Of a DNA stretch of 64,000 bases, positions 48,807 to 58,510 are shown piece by piece. The stretch spans positions 263,802-327,801 of the forward strand of contig CAIJMI010000005.1 in the NCBI GenBank assembly GCA_903821745.1, given 5' to 3'. Under the pieces are notes generated by a model. That model ran no database searches and had not been told where the DNA came from. It saw only the letters and a program-made list of their open reading frames with translations. The DNA comes from Candidatus Gottesmanbacteria bacterium. GTDB lineage: Bacteria; Patescibacteriota; Microgenomatia; UBA10105; UBA927. A program made the position numbers and the translations under genes. Every line of letters starts with the position of its first letter. The first letter of the stretch is position 1.

Positions 48807-50015
48807 ATGGTTAAAATTCGAAACACGGTAATTTCTATTTTTACGGTTTGTGTTATTTTTCTCGTATCCGGCTTTGTCATTGCCTACGGCCGTGGCTACC
48901 GATTCAATTTCAAACAAAAAACCTTCGGCTCAACGGGACTCATCACCGCTATATCCGAACCCATTGGTGCTTCCATATTTGTCGACAACAAAAAAGTCGG
49001 TGCAACCAATACCACGATAACCGTCAAACCAGGGTGGTATACGATTTCGTTCATGAAAGAAGGGTATCAACCGTGGGAGAAAAAAATCCGCGTGCAGGGA
49101 GAAGTGGTTGCCCAGGCAAACGGCACCCTCTTTCCCACAAACCCTTCCCTTTCCGCAATCACAACAAATGGTGTTGCAAACCCCATTCTCTCACCCGATG
49201 GAGGAAAATTAGCATTTGTTATCCCGGTCATTGATGAAGCAACAGATACCGCGCAACTTGTCCAAAAATCCGGCATTTGGGTGCTCGACCTCATTGATAA
49301 ACCGCTTGGGCTCAACCGTGATGCAAAACAGATATTAAAAAGTGAACCGCTCGATATATCAAAAGCAACGCTTACCTGGTCACCAGACAGCAAACAACTG
49401 CTAGTTGATGTGCCGACGGCCCAAAAAACAACAGCAACCTACCTCATTGATTCGGACAAACTCAACGAGTTTGCCAAACCCGTGTATATCCGTCGTGATG
49501 TCATCAATGATTGGGCACAAATGGAAAAAACGAAAGAAACAGAAAAAATTTCAACCCTCAAACCAGAATTTCTTGCAGTTGCAACAAGCTCAATGAGTAT
49601 TATTGCCTTTTCTCCGGATGAACGGAATATTCTCTATGAAGCAACCGGAGCAGCAACGATTCCGCAAATAATCACACCCGCCCTCATCGGGACCAATCCA
49701 ACCGAAGAGGTCCGGGATATCAAACCATTCAGTATCTACACCTATGATATCAAAGAAGACAAAAACTATCTCATTGGCAAGGCAACAGATCTTACCCTCC
49801 AATGGCTTCCAACATCCCATCATTTGATTACCATTTCCAAAGACAAAATTGAAGTGATGGATTATGACGGAATCAACAGAAAAACCGTCTATGCAGGACC
49901 ATTCTGGGATGCATTTGTCGCGCCATGGACAAGCGCAAACAAACTCGTCATTTTAACCAATCTCATTCCAACTGCCTCAACGCTTCCGAATCTCTACGCA
50001 ATAAACATCAAGTAA
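48807..50015 (+). CDS. PEGA-domain protein with C-terminal beta-propeller-like (TolB/WD40-like) region
   Basis: ATG at 48807 after the mreB2 overlap. TM, then IFVDNKKVGATNTTITVKPGWYTISFMKEGYQPW (PEGA motif), then repeated beta-strand-rich segments. Confidence 0.5.
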   Translation: MVKIRNTVISIFTVCVIFLVSGFVIAYGRGYRFNFKQKTFGSTGLITAISEPIGASIFVDNKKVGATNTTITVKPGWYTISFMKEGYQPWEKKIRVQGEVVAQANGTLFPTNPSLSAITTNGVANPILSPDGGKLAFVIPVIDEATDTAQLVQKSGIWVLDLIDKPLGLNRDAKQILKSEPLDISKATLTWSPDSKQLLVDVPTAQKTTATYLIDSDKLNEFAKPVYIRRDVINDWAQMEKTKETEKISTLKPEFLAVATSSMSIIAFSPDERNILYEATGAATIPQIITPALIGTNPTEEVRDIKPFSIYTYDIKEDKNYLIGKATDLTLQWLPTSHHLITISKDKIEVMDYDGINRKTVYAGPFWDAFVAPWTSANKLVILTNLIPTASTLPNLYAINIK

Positions 50016-50020
50016 AATGC

Positions 50021-50091
50021 GCCCTCGAAGGGAATCGAACCCCTATCTTGCCCTTAGGACGGGCCTGCTCTATCCATTGAGCTACGAAGGC
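50021..50091 (-). tRNA. tRNA-Arg (anticodon CCT)
   Basis: Minus-strand GCCTTCG-TA-GCTC-AATGGATA-GAGC-A-GGCCC-GTCCTAA-GGGCA-AGA-TAGGG-TTCGATT-CCCTT-CGAGGGC-G. One G.A mismatch at 27-43. Confidence 0.7.
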
Positions 50092-50145
50092 TATACCCAG
50101 ATTGTATTCTACCTTCTGCTTTCGTACAATACGAGGTGCATTACA

Positions 50146-50218
50146 CGGGATGTAGCGCAGTTGGTAGCGTGCTTCGTTCGGAACGAAGAGGTCGAGAGTT
50201 CGAGTCTCTCCATCCCGA
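50146..50218 (+). tRNA. tRNA-Pro (anticodon CGG)
   Basis: CGGGATG-TA-GCGC-AGTTGGTA-GCGT-G-CTTCG-TTCGGAA-CGAAG-AGGTC-GAGAG-TTCGAGT-CTCTC-CATCCCG-A. Confidence 0.75.
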
Positions 50219-50266
50219 CTAGGCTCTTTCTCCCCCTTTTTCCCTCCTAGTAAAGAGATTGTTTTT

Positions 50267-50279
50267 ACGGTATAATACC
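50267..50279 (+). promoter_or_regulatory. Conserved -10 element ACGGTATAATACC upstream of maf
   Basis: Identical to 25519-25531. The ATG at 50286 is 9 nt after the TATAAT. Confidence 0.45.
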
Positions 50280-50285
50280 CAAATC

Positions 50286-50936
50286 ATGAACCTCTCATTC
50301 AAGCCACAACACATTCCACTTGAAGAAAAGCCAATTCAGATCATTTTGGCATCCCAATCCCTGGGACGAAAGATGCTTCTTGAAAAACTGGGCATTCCAT
50401 TCCGTACGATCGTTTCCAACGTTAACGAAGACATGATTACGGATCCCGATCCAGTCAAAACGATCAAAAAACGGGCACTTGCAAAAGCCGAGGAAATCGT
50501 CAAAAATCCTCGTATTTTCAATCTCCCAATTGATAGCCGATCACTTATTATTGCTGCTGATTCTATGGCCGTTCTGGGTAAAAAAACATTTGGAAAAACA
50601 AACACACGGGAAGAAGCAAAGGCAATGGTAAAAGAACTGATGGGCAAAACCCATACGTTTACAACGGCCGTCAAAATCATGTACCTTCACGGATTAACCG
50701 TCAAAAAGATGTGGGATACCGTGGAAACAACTAAAGTTACCATGCGAAAAATGACCATGCCGGAACTGGACCAATACACAAACCGGTATGATTTTTCCCG
50801 CTTTGCAGCAGCCTATACGATCAACGAAGCACCGTGGGATCTTGTTACCAAAATCGATGGAAGCTACACCAATGTCATTGGTCTTCCATTTGAATGTATC
50901 CTTCCCATTTTCCGAAAGCTTGAAATTATCAAGTAA
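50286..50936 (+). CDS. maf: Maf-like nucleoside triphosphate pyrophosphatase
   Basis: IILASQSLGRKMLLEKLGIPF at the N-terminus is the Maf signature. ATG at 50286 lies only about 10 nt after a TATAAT, suggesting a near-leaderless mRNA. Confidence 0.75.
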   Translation: MNLSFKPQHIPLEEKPIQIILASQSLGRKMLLEKLGIPFRTIVSNVNEDMITDPDPVKTIKKRALAKAEEIVKNPRIFNLPIDSRSLIIAADSMAVLGKKTFGKTNTREEAKAMVKELMGKTHTFTTAVKIMYLHGLTVKKMWDTVETTKVTMRKMTMPELDQYTNRYDFSRFAAAYTINEAPWDLVTKIDGSYTNVIGLPFECILPIFRKLEIIK

Positions 50937-51154
50937 GAAATAAGAAAAGAGTCCTACCAATTTTTTCCCTCTTGCATGAACGATGTGATATGCGTATTAT
51001 TTCGCTATGACAAATATTGAATACGAACAGAAACCCATTGTACCAAAACCCTGCGAAAAACCAAAATCTCCCCTTCTGCAACCTCCACAAAAAGAACATC
51101 CGGTATTAAAGCAACATAGAGCTCAGGAACAACAAAAAGGAAGATAAACAAAAA

Positions 51155-51367
51155 TCAGGAACCTACATTAATTAGGGGAAGGCCAACAGCGCCACGAAGC
51201 TCATCTTCATCATATGCGTTTACTTCTGTCTCAACAACAAGTGGTTGATGCGTTTGTTGTAGAAGGGTATCCAGTTCCGTATTGATTTTTGGAGGTGCAA
51301 ACGGATCAACAACGGTTTCTGACAACTGGAAGACTGACATTCCTGGTGTTACATCTGGTGATCCCAT
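51155..51367 (-). CDS. Hypothetical small acidic protein (70 aa from the ATG)
   Basis: The ORF-track entry starts at a TTG (51397). The ATG at 51365-51367 was chosen. No RBS; weak call. Confidence 0.2.
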   Translation of the reverse strand: MGSPDVTPGMSVFQLSETVVDPFAPPKINTELDTLLQQTHQPLVVETEVNAYDEDELRGAVGLPLINVGS

Positions 51368-51423
51368 ATATTCAGGATACCCACCAGTATAAATCAATAC
51401 AGGAATTATGCAATAGATATCTG

Positions 51424-51846
51424 TTACAGGACAAAAATCTCTGCCGGTGTAAAGATCAATCCAATTTCTTTTTCGGCAGCGTCCACACTGTCTGACCGGT
51501 GCACCACATTGTGTGGTTTATCGACGCCAAAATCTTTTCGGATTGTGCCGGGAGCAGCTTCTGCTGGATCTGTTGGGCCACAAATACCGAAGACTTTCTC
51601 GACTGCTCCTTCACCGGATAAGACAATAGCAACAACTGGGGTCGACATCATTTGTTCACAAAGCCCTGGGAAAAACGGCTTGTCTTTATGATGGGCATAC
51701 CACACATCAAGAATCGGTTGAGTCAGCTGGACAAATTTTAACCCCACAACAGTAAGTCCTGCGGACTCAAACCGTTTAATAATCTCTCCAGTAATATGTT
51801 GTTTCACTCCATCTGGTTTAATAAGAACAACTGTTTTTTCAATCAT
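51424..51846 (-). CDS. ndk: Nucleoside diphosphate kinase
   Basis: TVVLIKPDGV and the NVVHRSDS active-site His region (N..HGSD-type). Confidence 0.9.
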   Translation of the reverse strand: MIEKTVVLIKPDGVKQHITGEIIKRFESAGLTVVGLKFVQLTQPILDVWYAHHKDKPFFPGLCEQMMSTPVVAIVLSGEGAVEKVFGICGPTDPAEAAPGTIRKDFGVDKPHNVVHRSDSVDAAEKEIGLIFTPAEIFVL

Positions 51847-51864
51847 AAGATTTCCTTTCCTTGT

Positions 51865-53154
51865 TTATATGTTTAATAATTCTACCAGGGATTTGTCTTC
51901 CGGTCTATTCCAAACAACAGCCAAGTTTAATGTTTCCGTTACGAAATATTTCTTAATCAGCATGTTAATATCGTCCTTTGTCACCATTTCAATCCGTTTC
52001 ATGTACTCGGTCAACGACAACATCGGTAAGTGATAGAGTTCTTGTCGTCCATACCATTCCGTTGCAAATTCCGGGTCTTCTGCGCGGAATGCCAGCATGG
52101 TTTTAAGACGTTTGATCGCGATTATTACCTCTTCTTCCGTCACGCCTTCCTGTTTTACTTTTTGTAATTCTTTCATAATTCCCGCAGTTGCCTCTCCGAC
52201 TTTGTCTGTTGCAACCCCTGCGTAAATGGACCAATACCCGACATCGTCGAAGGTATCAGACGATGAACGAATGGTATAACAAAGCCCCTTCTTCTCCCGA
52301 ATCTCTTTAAAAAGCCTCGATGTAAATGACACGCCAAACAAGAGGTTAAACACGTTCCAAGCAAATCGATCTTCTGACGATCGGTTAAAAATTCGAAGTC
52401 CCACATTCATATGTGCCTGCTTTGCATCTTTTTTCGTAACAAACACTACGTTCGGCGTTTTCTGGTCATCTGTCACCTGCTCCATATCGCCGGTCTTTTT
52501 TGGTTGAAGTGTTCCAAACCATGCATCAACAACCTGTTTTGCCTTTGCTTTCACTGCATCATCAATTTTTCCGGCAAGGATAATCACCATACGTTCCGGC
52601 TGATACCAGGTATCATGATAGGTTTGAAGCGTTTGGGCATTACTGTCCCGAAGCGACTGTTCTTCCCCAATAATCTTCATGCCAAGCCTAGTATTGGGAT
52701 ACAACATCTGATGGAATGTCTCTCCAACTTTTGCAGCCGGTTCATCTTCATATTTTTTCATTTCTTCTATAATCACATCCCGTTCCTTATCAACATACTT
52801 TTCCTCAAGCCGCGGATGAAGCGCGAGTTCTTTGTTAATCTCCAGTCCTGCCTGCCAATCTTCTCCCAACACTTTGTTATGATAGCAGGTGACATCAATA
52901 TCGGTATACGCATTTTGCAGTCCCCCTAATCGTTCAATGAAATTCACATCATCCGTGGTCGGATACATTTGGGTGCCCTTAAACACCATGTGTTCCAAAA
53001 AATGGGAGATACCGTTGATCTTTGTTGTTTCATACCTGCTTCCAACCCCGACCATGACAGCTGTTGCCATGCTTTCAACGCCAAGAATTGGCACAAACAG
53101 TAAGCGACAACCATTAGGAAACACAATTTTTTCATATGGATTTGGAGTAGTCAT
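51865..53154 (-). CDS. M16-family (pitrilysin/insulinase-like) zinc peptidase
   Basis: GISHFLEHMVFKGT (the inverted HxxEH zincin motif). ATG at 53152-53154; the track ORF extends 46 codons further. Confidence 0.75.
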   Translation of the reverse strand: MTTPNPYEKIVFPNGCRLLFVPILGVESMATAVMVGVGSRYETTKINGISHFLEHMVFKGTQMYPTTDDVNFIERLGGLQNAYTDIDVTCYHNKVLGEDWQAGLEINKELALHPRLEEKYVDKERDVIIEEMKKYEDEPAAKVGETFHQMLYPNTRLGMKIIGEEQSLRDSNAQTLQTYHDTWYQPERMVIILAGKIDDAVKAKAKQVVDAWFGTLQPKKTGDMEQVTDDQKTPNVVFVTKKDAKQAHMNVGLRIFNRSSEDRFAWNVFNLLFGVSFTSRLFKEIREKKGLCYTIRSSSDTFDDVGYWSIYAGVATDKVGEATAGIMKELQKVKQEGVTEEEVIIAIKRLKTMLAFRAEDPEFATEWYGRQELYHLPMLSLTEYMKRIEMVTKDDINMLIKKYFVTETLNLAVVWNRPEDKSLVELLNI

Positions 53155-53236
53155 AGATAGGCGTAGTATAGACCAAAATAGATGTAGGCAAAAGACTACA
53201 CTTGATACTTCCCTCTTTTTGCCGGATACTAGAACT

Positions 53237-53611
53237 ATGTCCCCAGATGATATCAGAGAACATATTGAACTTGCAGTCGTTGAAATGATCAAAAAGAACG
53301 TGGCTGACGGTACGATGACAGAATCCCGTGCGCAACAAATTTCCCAAATCGTGCTAGAACTTTTAAAACCTGGTATGGGATATATGGAACTCTACAAAGC
53401 AATATTTAAACTCGATGACACCTGCAATGAACTCTCCACAATCGTTCTTCCATATGCACAAAGCTATGAAAACAATATTGCGAACAAAGCAACAGACATG
53501 GTGGCAAATTACATCCGTGTTGGCAACTATGACGCAGCAGTCAAACTTGCGGAAGATGTCGTCCAGGAAAACGTTAAATTAGAATGGCAAGGCAAAGCAC
53601 AAGCAGCTTAA
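53237..53611 (+). CDS. Hypothetical protein (124 aa)
   Basis: Internal ATG at 53237 after the divergent M16 gene. Helical composition. Confidence 0.4.
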   Translation: MSPDDIREHIELAVVEMIKKNVADGTMTESRAQQISQIVLELLKPGMGYMELYKAIFKLDDTCNELSTIVLPYAQSYENNIANKATDMVANYIRVGNYDAAVKLAEDVVQENVKLEWQGKAQAA

Positions 53612-53657
53612 ACCCCCACTCATTGACAAACCTAATTTTCCCCCCCATTATATATAT

Positions 53658-53981
53658 ATGGCACTGCAAACTGCTTCTATATCTCTTGATCAATTTCTTC
53701 TTGATCTCGTCATCGAAAAACACGGAGAACCGATGGAAGAAGATCTCAAAAAACAAATGGTTGAAGAGCTCAAACCAAAACTTGATCAATGGATAACCCT
53801 AAAAACTATGACGGAAATTGCACAGTCATCTCCTACAGATATTGAACTCTTGAAAAAAATGACCGATGAAAACCAACCGGCAGAAGAAATAGAAAAATTC
53901 ATACAATCCAAAATTCCTGACATGCCCGCATTTCTCACAAAAACATTATTGGCATTCCGACAAACATATATCGGCACATAA
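53658..53981 (+). CDS. Hypothetical protein (107 aa)
   Basis: Acidic helical protein immediately upstream of the giant ORF, 3-nt spacing. Confidence 0.4.
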   Translation: MALQTASISLDQFLLDLVIEKHGEPMEEDLKKQMVEELKPKLDQWITLKTMTEIAQSSPTDIELLKKMTDENQPAEEIEKFIQSKIPDMPAFLTKTLLAFRQTYIGT

Positions 53982-53984
53982 TAT

Positions 53985-56900
53985 ATGGCAGAACTACCCA
54001 TCGTACCAAAAGAAATTCCGAATCTTGGACCTGTTCTCGCATTTGGAAACCCTGATCGCGGTATTCAAGGTACTCATTTGTACATCAAACCAGAAGCCAT
54101 AAAGAAATACAAAGAACATGTCTTTGATGGAAAAAAATTGAAAGAATTTTCCCTGTTTGACGCACAAGCTGCAGCAGATACCGGTCTTGATAGTGCACGG
54201 ATCAAAATGCGCGTTTATCCAAACAATAAAGCAGATGGACAAACGGAACTTCGTGCAAACCCAGCAACAGGAGAAACGATCCCCCTCACAAATACATGGG
54301 GTGTTCGCATGATGGATGATCATGCAGAATTTGTTGACATTCCGATTGAAGATCTCACAACGGAAAAACCGCAACCAAAACCACGAAAACCAAAAGAAGG
54401 AGTGATTACCGTAACAACGAAGGCACGGGAAGAATTGGAAAAAATCCGGGTTGGATCAGCAGATGCAACACCGCAGGATAATATCTCTGAATCAGACGAT
54501 GGCGCTACTCCGGGACTTTTACATCTGAATGAGAAAACCACACAAAAAACTACTACTCCAATTGATAGACCGCAGGATAATATCTCTGAATCAGATGATG
54601 GTGTTACACCTGGAATATTCCACGCAGAACCCCCTACGTCTACTTCAACAATAACACCAGAGCCCGAAAAAACTATTCCCTCGGCTCCCTCAGAAGTTAT
54701 ACCAACACCAGGAACAGAACCAACAACGTCAACATCAGAAACAACAACTCCTCCATCCCCACCAGAAGCTACACCAACAGCCACGCCAACACCTGAAGCA
54801 CCGCGGGAGAATGTCGTAACCATCGTTGGTATCCAGGAAGCATTTAAACGGAGGGCAACAGATTTTGCCAAAGAAGCACTGGAAAAAAGCAGGAATATTG
54901 TTAAAAAATTCTTTGGAGAACGGTTTGAAGAACGCTATTATCAACACTTCCGTAAGATGCTCGAGGCGGCACAAAATCCATTTGCCAGAGAAAGTATCGC
55001 AATTGCACAACAACGAGCAAAAACACGATATGACGCTGAAATGAACGGACGAAATGGTCTGTCACGGGCAGCGCGAAAAACCTGGGATCGTATCAAAGAA
55101 TACACGTTTGGCACCACAACACTTGAACGGTATGCGGTCGAAGAAATCAGTGCCATGCAGCAAGCAGGACAAATTAGAGAACAAGCATCCTTTGACCAGG
55201 AAATGCAAGCTTTTGTAGAGCGCTTTGAAAAACCATTTGAAGAATCAGACACCGCAATTCGCCAGCAACTTGGAGAACGGTTGGAAATTCTTAATCCGGA
55301 TAACACAGAGCACAAACCCCTCATTGATGGCATCAAAGGACTCATCAAAGAATACCGTGATGGAACAATTCCTGATGCAAAAGTGTTAAACGAACGGTTA
55401 CATGTACTGTACGAAACAACCATTTCTCCAGGACGACAGGATTTACTCGGTGAAGCTGAAACCTATGCCTCCAGTCTTGCGGTTGTTGCAAAAGACATGA
55501 AGGACAGACTGAATCATGGAGTATCACTGGCAACGCTTGACGGAGAACTGGAAGCGATGCAAGTGCGACTGGGTATCGGACAAATGGGAGAAGCAACGGA
55601 AATAAACGCAACATCCACTCATAAAACGGTTGAATGGATGAAAAAAACCGCTCGTAACCTTGAAAAACGGGGCATCATTCATAATGTAGTGCTCAACGAA
55701 TTTACCGTTGGTTCTGCAGTTTCTGCCGTTCTTGCACTCAAAATGATTCCACAAATGGCGGCATCAGCGAGTGCTCGTATGTGGATTGGTGGAGGTGCAG
55801 GAGCGGTGGTCACCGGGGCAATTTCTACAGGCCGGGAGTTTGGCAAGAGGCAAGGAGAACTTCGTCGCATTGTCGCACAAAAAGAAGCGGGAATCCAAAC
55901 ACCAGATACAGCAAAACAACGCCAGTGGTATGAAACCTTTAATTTTCAACTTAGAACAACCAAGGATCTCATTGATTGCATGCAGTCCCCGATTCTTGAC
56001 GCAGATGGACAAATGAAATCCACAGTGACCATTGATGACCTACGAAAAAGCGCTGCCAACTTAGCGGATGCAAAAGCGCGAAGTGCCATCAGCCAACGGG
56101 AACATAACCGATTTGGTCTTATCAACATTGGAGCTGTTGGCGAACAAGAAAAGAACAGAACCGCCCTTGTCCAGTCCATGATTAAAACAGAAACAAATCT
56201 CAAAACGTATTTAACCGAACATCGTCTCGATCAGGATGTTATTAATTTAATCGGTCCAACACGCACGGTTGAACAATATCTTGATAGCTTAACAACAGCA
56301 CAAACGCAAATTCTTAACGAGGGCAATCAGGTGCTGACCAATTTAAATGACACATATATTCGTACAGCACTGGATCCGCTCAAAGCATACACGCCGGAAG
56401 TTGACGTCATGCGTCGCACGCTTGGTCTGGCCGGAAAAGCAGAGTCCAAAGGCAAAGAAAGCGGTCTGGATGCACTGCTCAAAGAATTTAAAAAACAAGC
56501 AATGGTCGAAAGTGTACGCACCGGAGTGAAAACTGCCAGCATTGGTTTTGCCATAGGAACCATTGGCAACGAAGTGGTAATGGATGTAAAACACGGCTTT
56601 GGAAGCGGTGCCGTCTCCAGTCTCTTTATGCACGGACCAGAAGCAACAGGCGCTACCCCGATTCTTCCAACAACCCATATTGAAACCATCGGATCACAAC
56701 ATATTGTACTAGGTGATAATATGCATATTGATGCAGCAGGAAACTTAGATATCACGGACGGACAAGGGCATATTATTCATGATGCAATCCCGGATTTTCA
56801 ACACCATTATGTCAATGGTGTCCTTGATGATTTTGCACGAAATAAATTACATGATTTAGGGTTAAATCCTTCCATTACGACGCAGGACGTACAACAGATC

Positions 56901-58496
56901 ATTCCTGGCACACCAACAGAAGTACCCGGAGTAACCCAGCACTTCCAAGGTGGAGAAAGTGTTGTTGATGCACAGGGTGTCACCCATACCCCAGATTGGA
57001 CACTTCCACAAGGATCGCACTTAACAGCAGTTGCTGGAGATGCACACACATTCAATCTTGTGGACAGCAATAACGAGATTATTACATCAGGAATTCATAC
57101 CGATGCAACCGGACACATCACCAATCTTTCAGAAGTCCAACAACATCTTCCAAGCAACTGGCACCTGACAGAAACCGCTAGCTCCATTCAAGGAGCACCA
57201 GAAACCGTCATTGATTCAACGACACGAACGGTCCATGTCTACACTGATTGGGATGACCGTGGCGACTGGGGATGGACAGAAAGACAATTGAGCGGACAGG
57301 ACATCACCCACCTCAATCCAGCAGTCAATGCCATTACCACCGTCTGGAGAAGTTATGAAAATCAAATTCAGGGAAGCAATATAACGTTTGATCACACGAT
57401 ACCGGGACTGGAAAATGTGCACCGTGCCATTCCGCTTGTGAACGGAGAGATTTCAGCAAATATCATGCCAAACAATAGTATTCTTGAACTTCCCAATTCC
57501 CTATTCTCTAACGAGAACATGGCACAAATGGCCCATTGGAGTGATGAAGCAATTAAAATGTTTGACGCGGAACAACTCGCACACCCTGACATGAAACCAC
57601 TGCAAATTCTTGCAGATATTCAAAAAACAGATGAGCTCCACGGACTTATACTTCGCATCGGACGATTTTCAATCCATGAACTCGGTCAGGACAAGCTCTC
57701 AGCAGATGAACTACAATTTTTGATGCGAGAACTTGCGGGCAGTCATACAGAAACAGCAACAACATTGCTGCATAACGTCACCTTCACAGAAACCTTTGCA
57801 CAACCAATCACCCAAACAGTCCAAGAACACGTTTTTACAGTAGTAGAACAACTTGCCAATCAACCAGAGGGATTTATTCCCATCCTTCCTTTTGAAGTAC
57901 GAAAAGGATTGGAACCCATTGATATGCCAACAGTCACCCCGCCAATACCACCGACCATAACCCCACCGGTAACGCCTCCAATAACACCCATACCTGAAAA
58001 AGGAGATAATGATGCGGAAAAAGGCGGAACATTTCAAAGTACTGCAAGAGTAGGATCCCCACCGATCAACATGTCGCCTCCTCCACCTCCCAAAATTTCT
58101 GAAGAAGAAGAACGGAACCGAAAGAAAAAGAAAGTTTCTGTTCCAACGTCTGCCGAAGTTGAGGAAGAAACTTCCATACCACCAATCGGTATTGAACCGG
58201 TAATTTCCAAGCCAACACCATCAGAAACCACGGAAAAGACACAAGAAACGCCCGAAACAGAAGAACAACCAATAGAAACCACCATACCGGTGGTAAATCA
58301 AACAACACCTTCAGAAACACCAACAGAAACACCGTCAGAGGAATCTCTTACAGAAACAGTTAGTATCCCAACCGAGAAAGCACCAACAGCGGCACCAGAA
58401 AACCAAGTGGACAAACCACCAGCAGGACATGATGTTGATATTCCCATTGATCAAGATCTTCAACAGCTTATTAATGAATTGAACGGTCAAATCTAA
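53985..58496 (+). CDS. Giant hypothetical protein (1503 aa) with internal TM segment(s), 33-aa tandem repeat and Pro/Thr/Glu-rich tail
   Basis: Uninterrupted 4.5 kb ORF. Repeat PQDNISESDDG(A/V)TPG. Hydrophobic stretches around AVSAVLALKMIP...GGGAGAVVTGAIST. C-terminal TPPIPPTITPPVTPPITP and SETTEKTQETPETEE low-complexity regions. Confidence 0.6.
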   Translation: MAELPIVPKEIPNLGPVLAFGNPDRGIQGTHLYIKPEAIKKYKEHVFDGKKLKEFSLFDAQAAADTGLDSARIKMRVYPNNKADGQTELRANPATGETIPLTNTWGVRMMDDHAEFVDIPIEDLTTEKPQPKPRKPKEGVITVTTKAREELEKIRVGSADATPQDNISESDDGATPGLLHLNEKTTQKTTTPIDRPQDNISESDDGVTPGIFHAEPPTSTSTITPEPEKTIPSAPSEVIPTPGTEPTTSTSETTTPPSPPEATPTATPTPEAPRENVVTIVGIQEAFKRRATDFAKEALEKSRNIVKKFFGERFEERYYQHFRKMLEAAQNPFARESIAIAQQRAKTRYDAEMNGRNGLSRAARKTWDRIKEYTFGTTTLERYAVEEISAMQQAGQIREQASFDQEMQAFVERFEKPFEESDTAIRQQLGERLEILNPDNTEHKPLIDGIKGLIKEYRDGTIPDAKVLNERLHVLYETTISPGRQDLLGEAETYASSLAVVAKDMKDRLNHGVSLATLDGELEAMQVRLGIGQMGEATEINATSTHKTVEWMKKTARNLEKRGIIHNVVLNEFTVGSAVSAVLALKMIPQMAASASARMWIGGGAGAVVTGAISTGREFGKRQGELRRIVAQKEAGIQTPDTAKQRQWYETFNFQLRTTKDLIDCMQSPILDADGQMKSTVTIDDLRKSAANLADAKARSAISQREHNRFGLINIGAVGEQEKNRTALVQSMIKTETNLKTYLTEHRLDQDVINLIGPTRTVEQYLDSLTTAQTQILNEGNQVLTNLNDTYIRTALDPLKAYTPEVDVMRRTLGLAGKAESKGKESGLDALLKEFKKQAMVESVRTGVKTASIGFAIGTIGNEVVMDVKHGFGSGAVSSLFMHGPEATGATPILPTTHIETIGSQHIVLGDNMHIDAAGNLDITDGQGHIIHDAIPDFQHHYVNGVLDDFARNKLHDLGLNPSITTQDVQQIIPGTPTEVPGVTQHFQGGESVVDAQGVTHTPDWTLPQGSHLTAVAGDAHTFNLVDSNNEIITSGIHTDATGHITNLSEVQQHLPSNWHLTETASSIQGAPETVIDSTTRTVHVYTDWDDRGDWGWTERQLSGQDITHLNPAVNAITTVWRSYENQIQGSNITFDHTIPGLENVHRAIPLVNGEISANIMPNNSILELPNSLFSNENMAQMAHWSDEAIKMFDAEQLAHPDMKPLQILADIQKTDELHGLILRIGRFSIHELGQDKLSADELQFLMRELAGSHTETATTLLHNVTFTETFAQPITQTVQEHVFTVVEQLANQPEGFIPILPFEVRKGLEPIDMPTVTPPIPPTITPPVTPPITPIPEKGDNDAEKGGTFQSTARVGSPPINMSPPPPPKISEEEERNRKKKKVSVPTSAEVEEETSIPPIGIEPVISKPTPSETTEKTQETPETEEQPIETTIPVVNQTTPSETPTETPSEESLTETVSIPTEKAPTAAPENQVDKPPAGHDVDIPIDQDLQQLINELNGQI
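54471..54615 (+). repeat. 2 copies of a roughly 45-bp unit at 99-bp (33-aa) period inside the giant ORF
   Basis: ccgcaggataatatctctgaatcagacgatggcgctactccggga versus ccgcaggataatatctctgaatcagatgatggtgttacacctgga. Confidence 0.55.
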
Positions 58497-58510
58497 CAAT
58501 ACGAATCTGT

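Noticed and set aside
50017-50250. 77-aa ORF MRPRRESNPY...
   Set aside because: Lies entirely over the convergent tRNA-Arg and tRNA-Pro genes. The cloverleaves explain the sequence.
51007-51147. 46-codon Pro/Lys/Gln-rich ORF in the maf-ndk spacer
   Set aside because: Low-complexity composition and no RBS. The spacer more likely holds promoters for the flanking genes.
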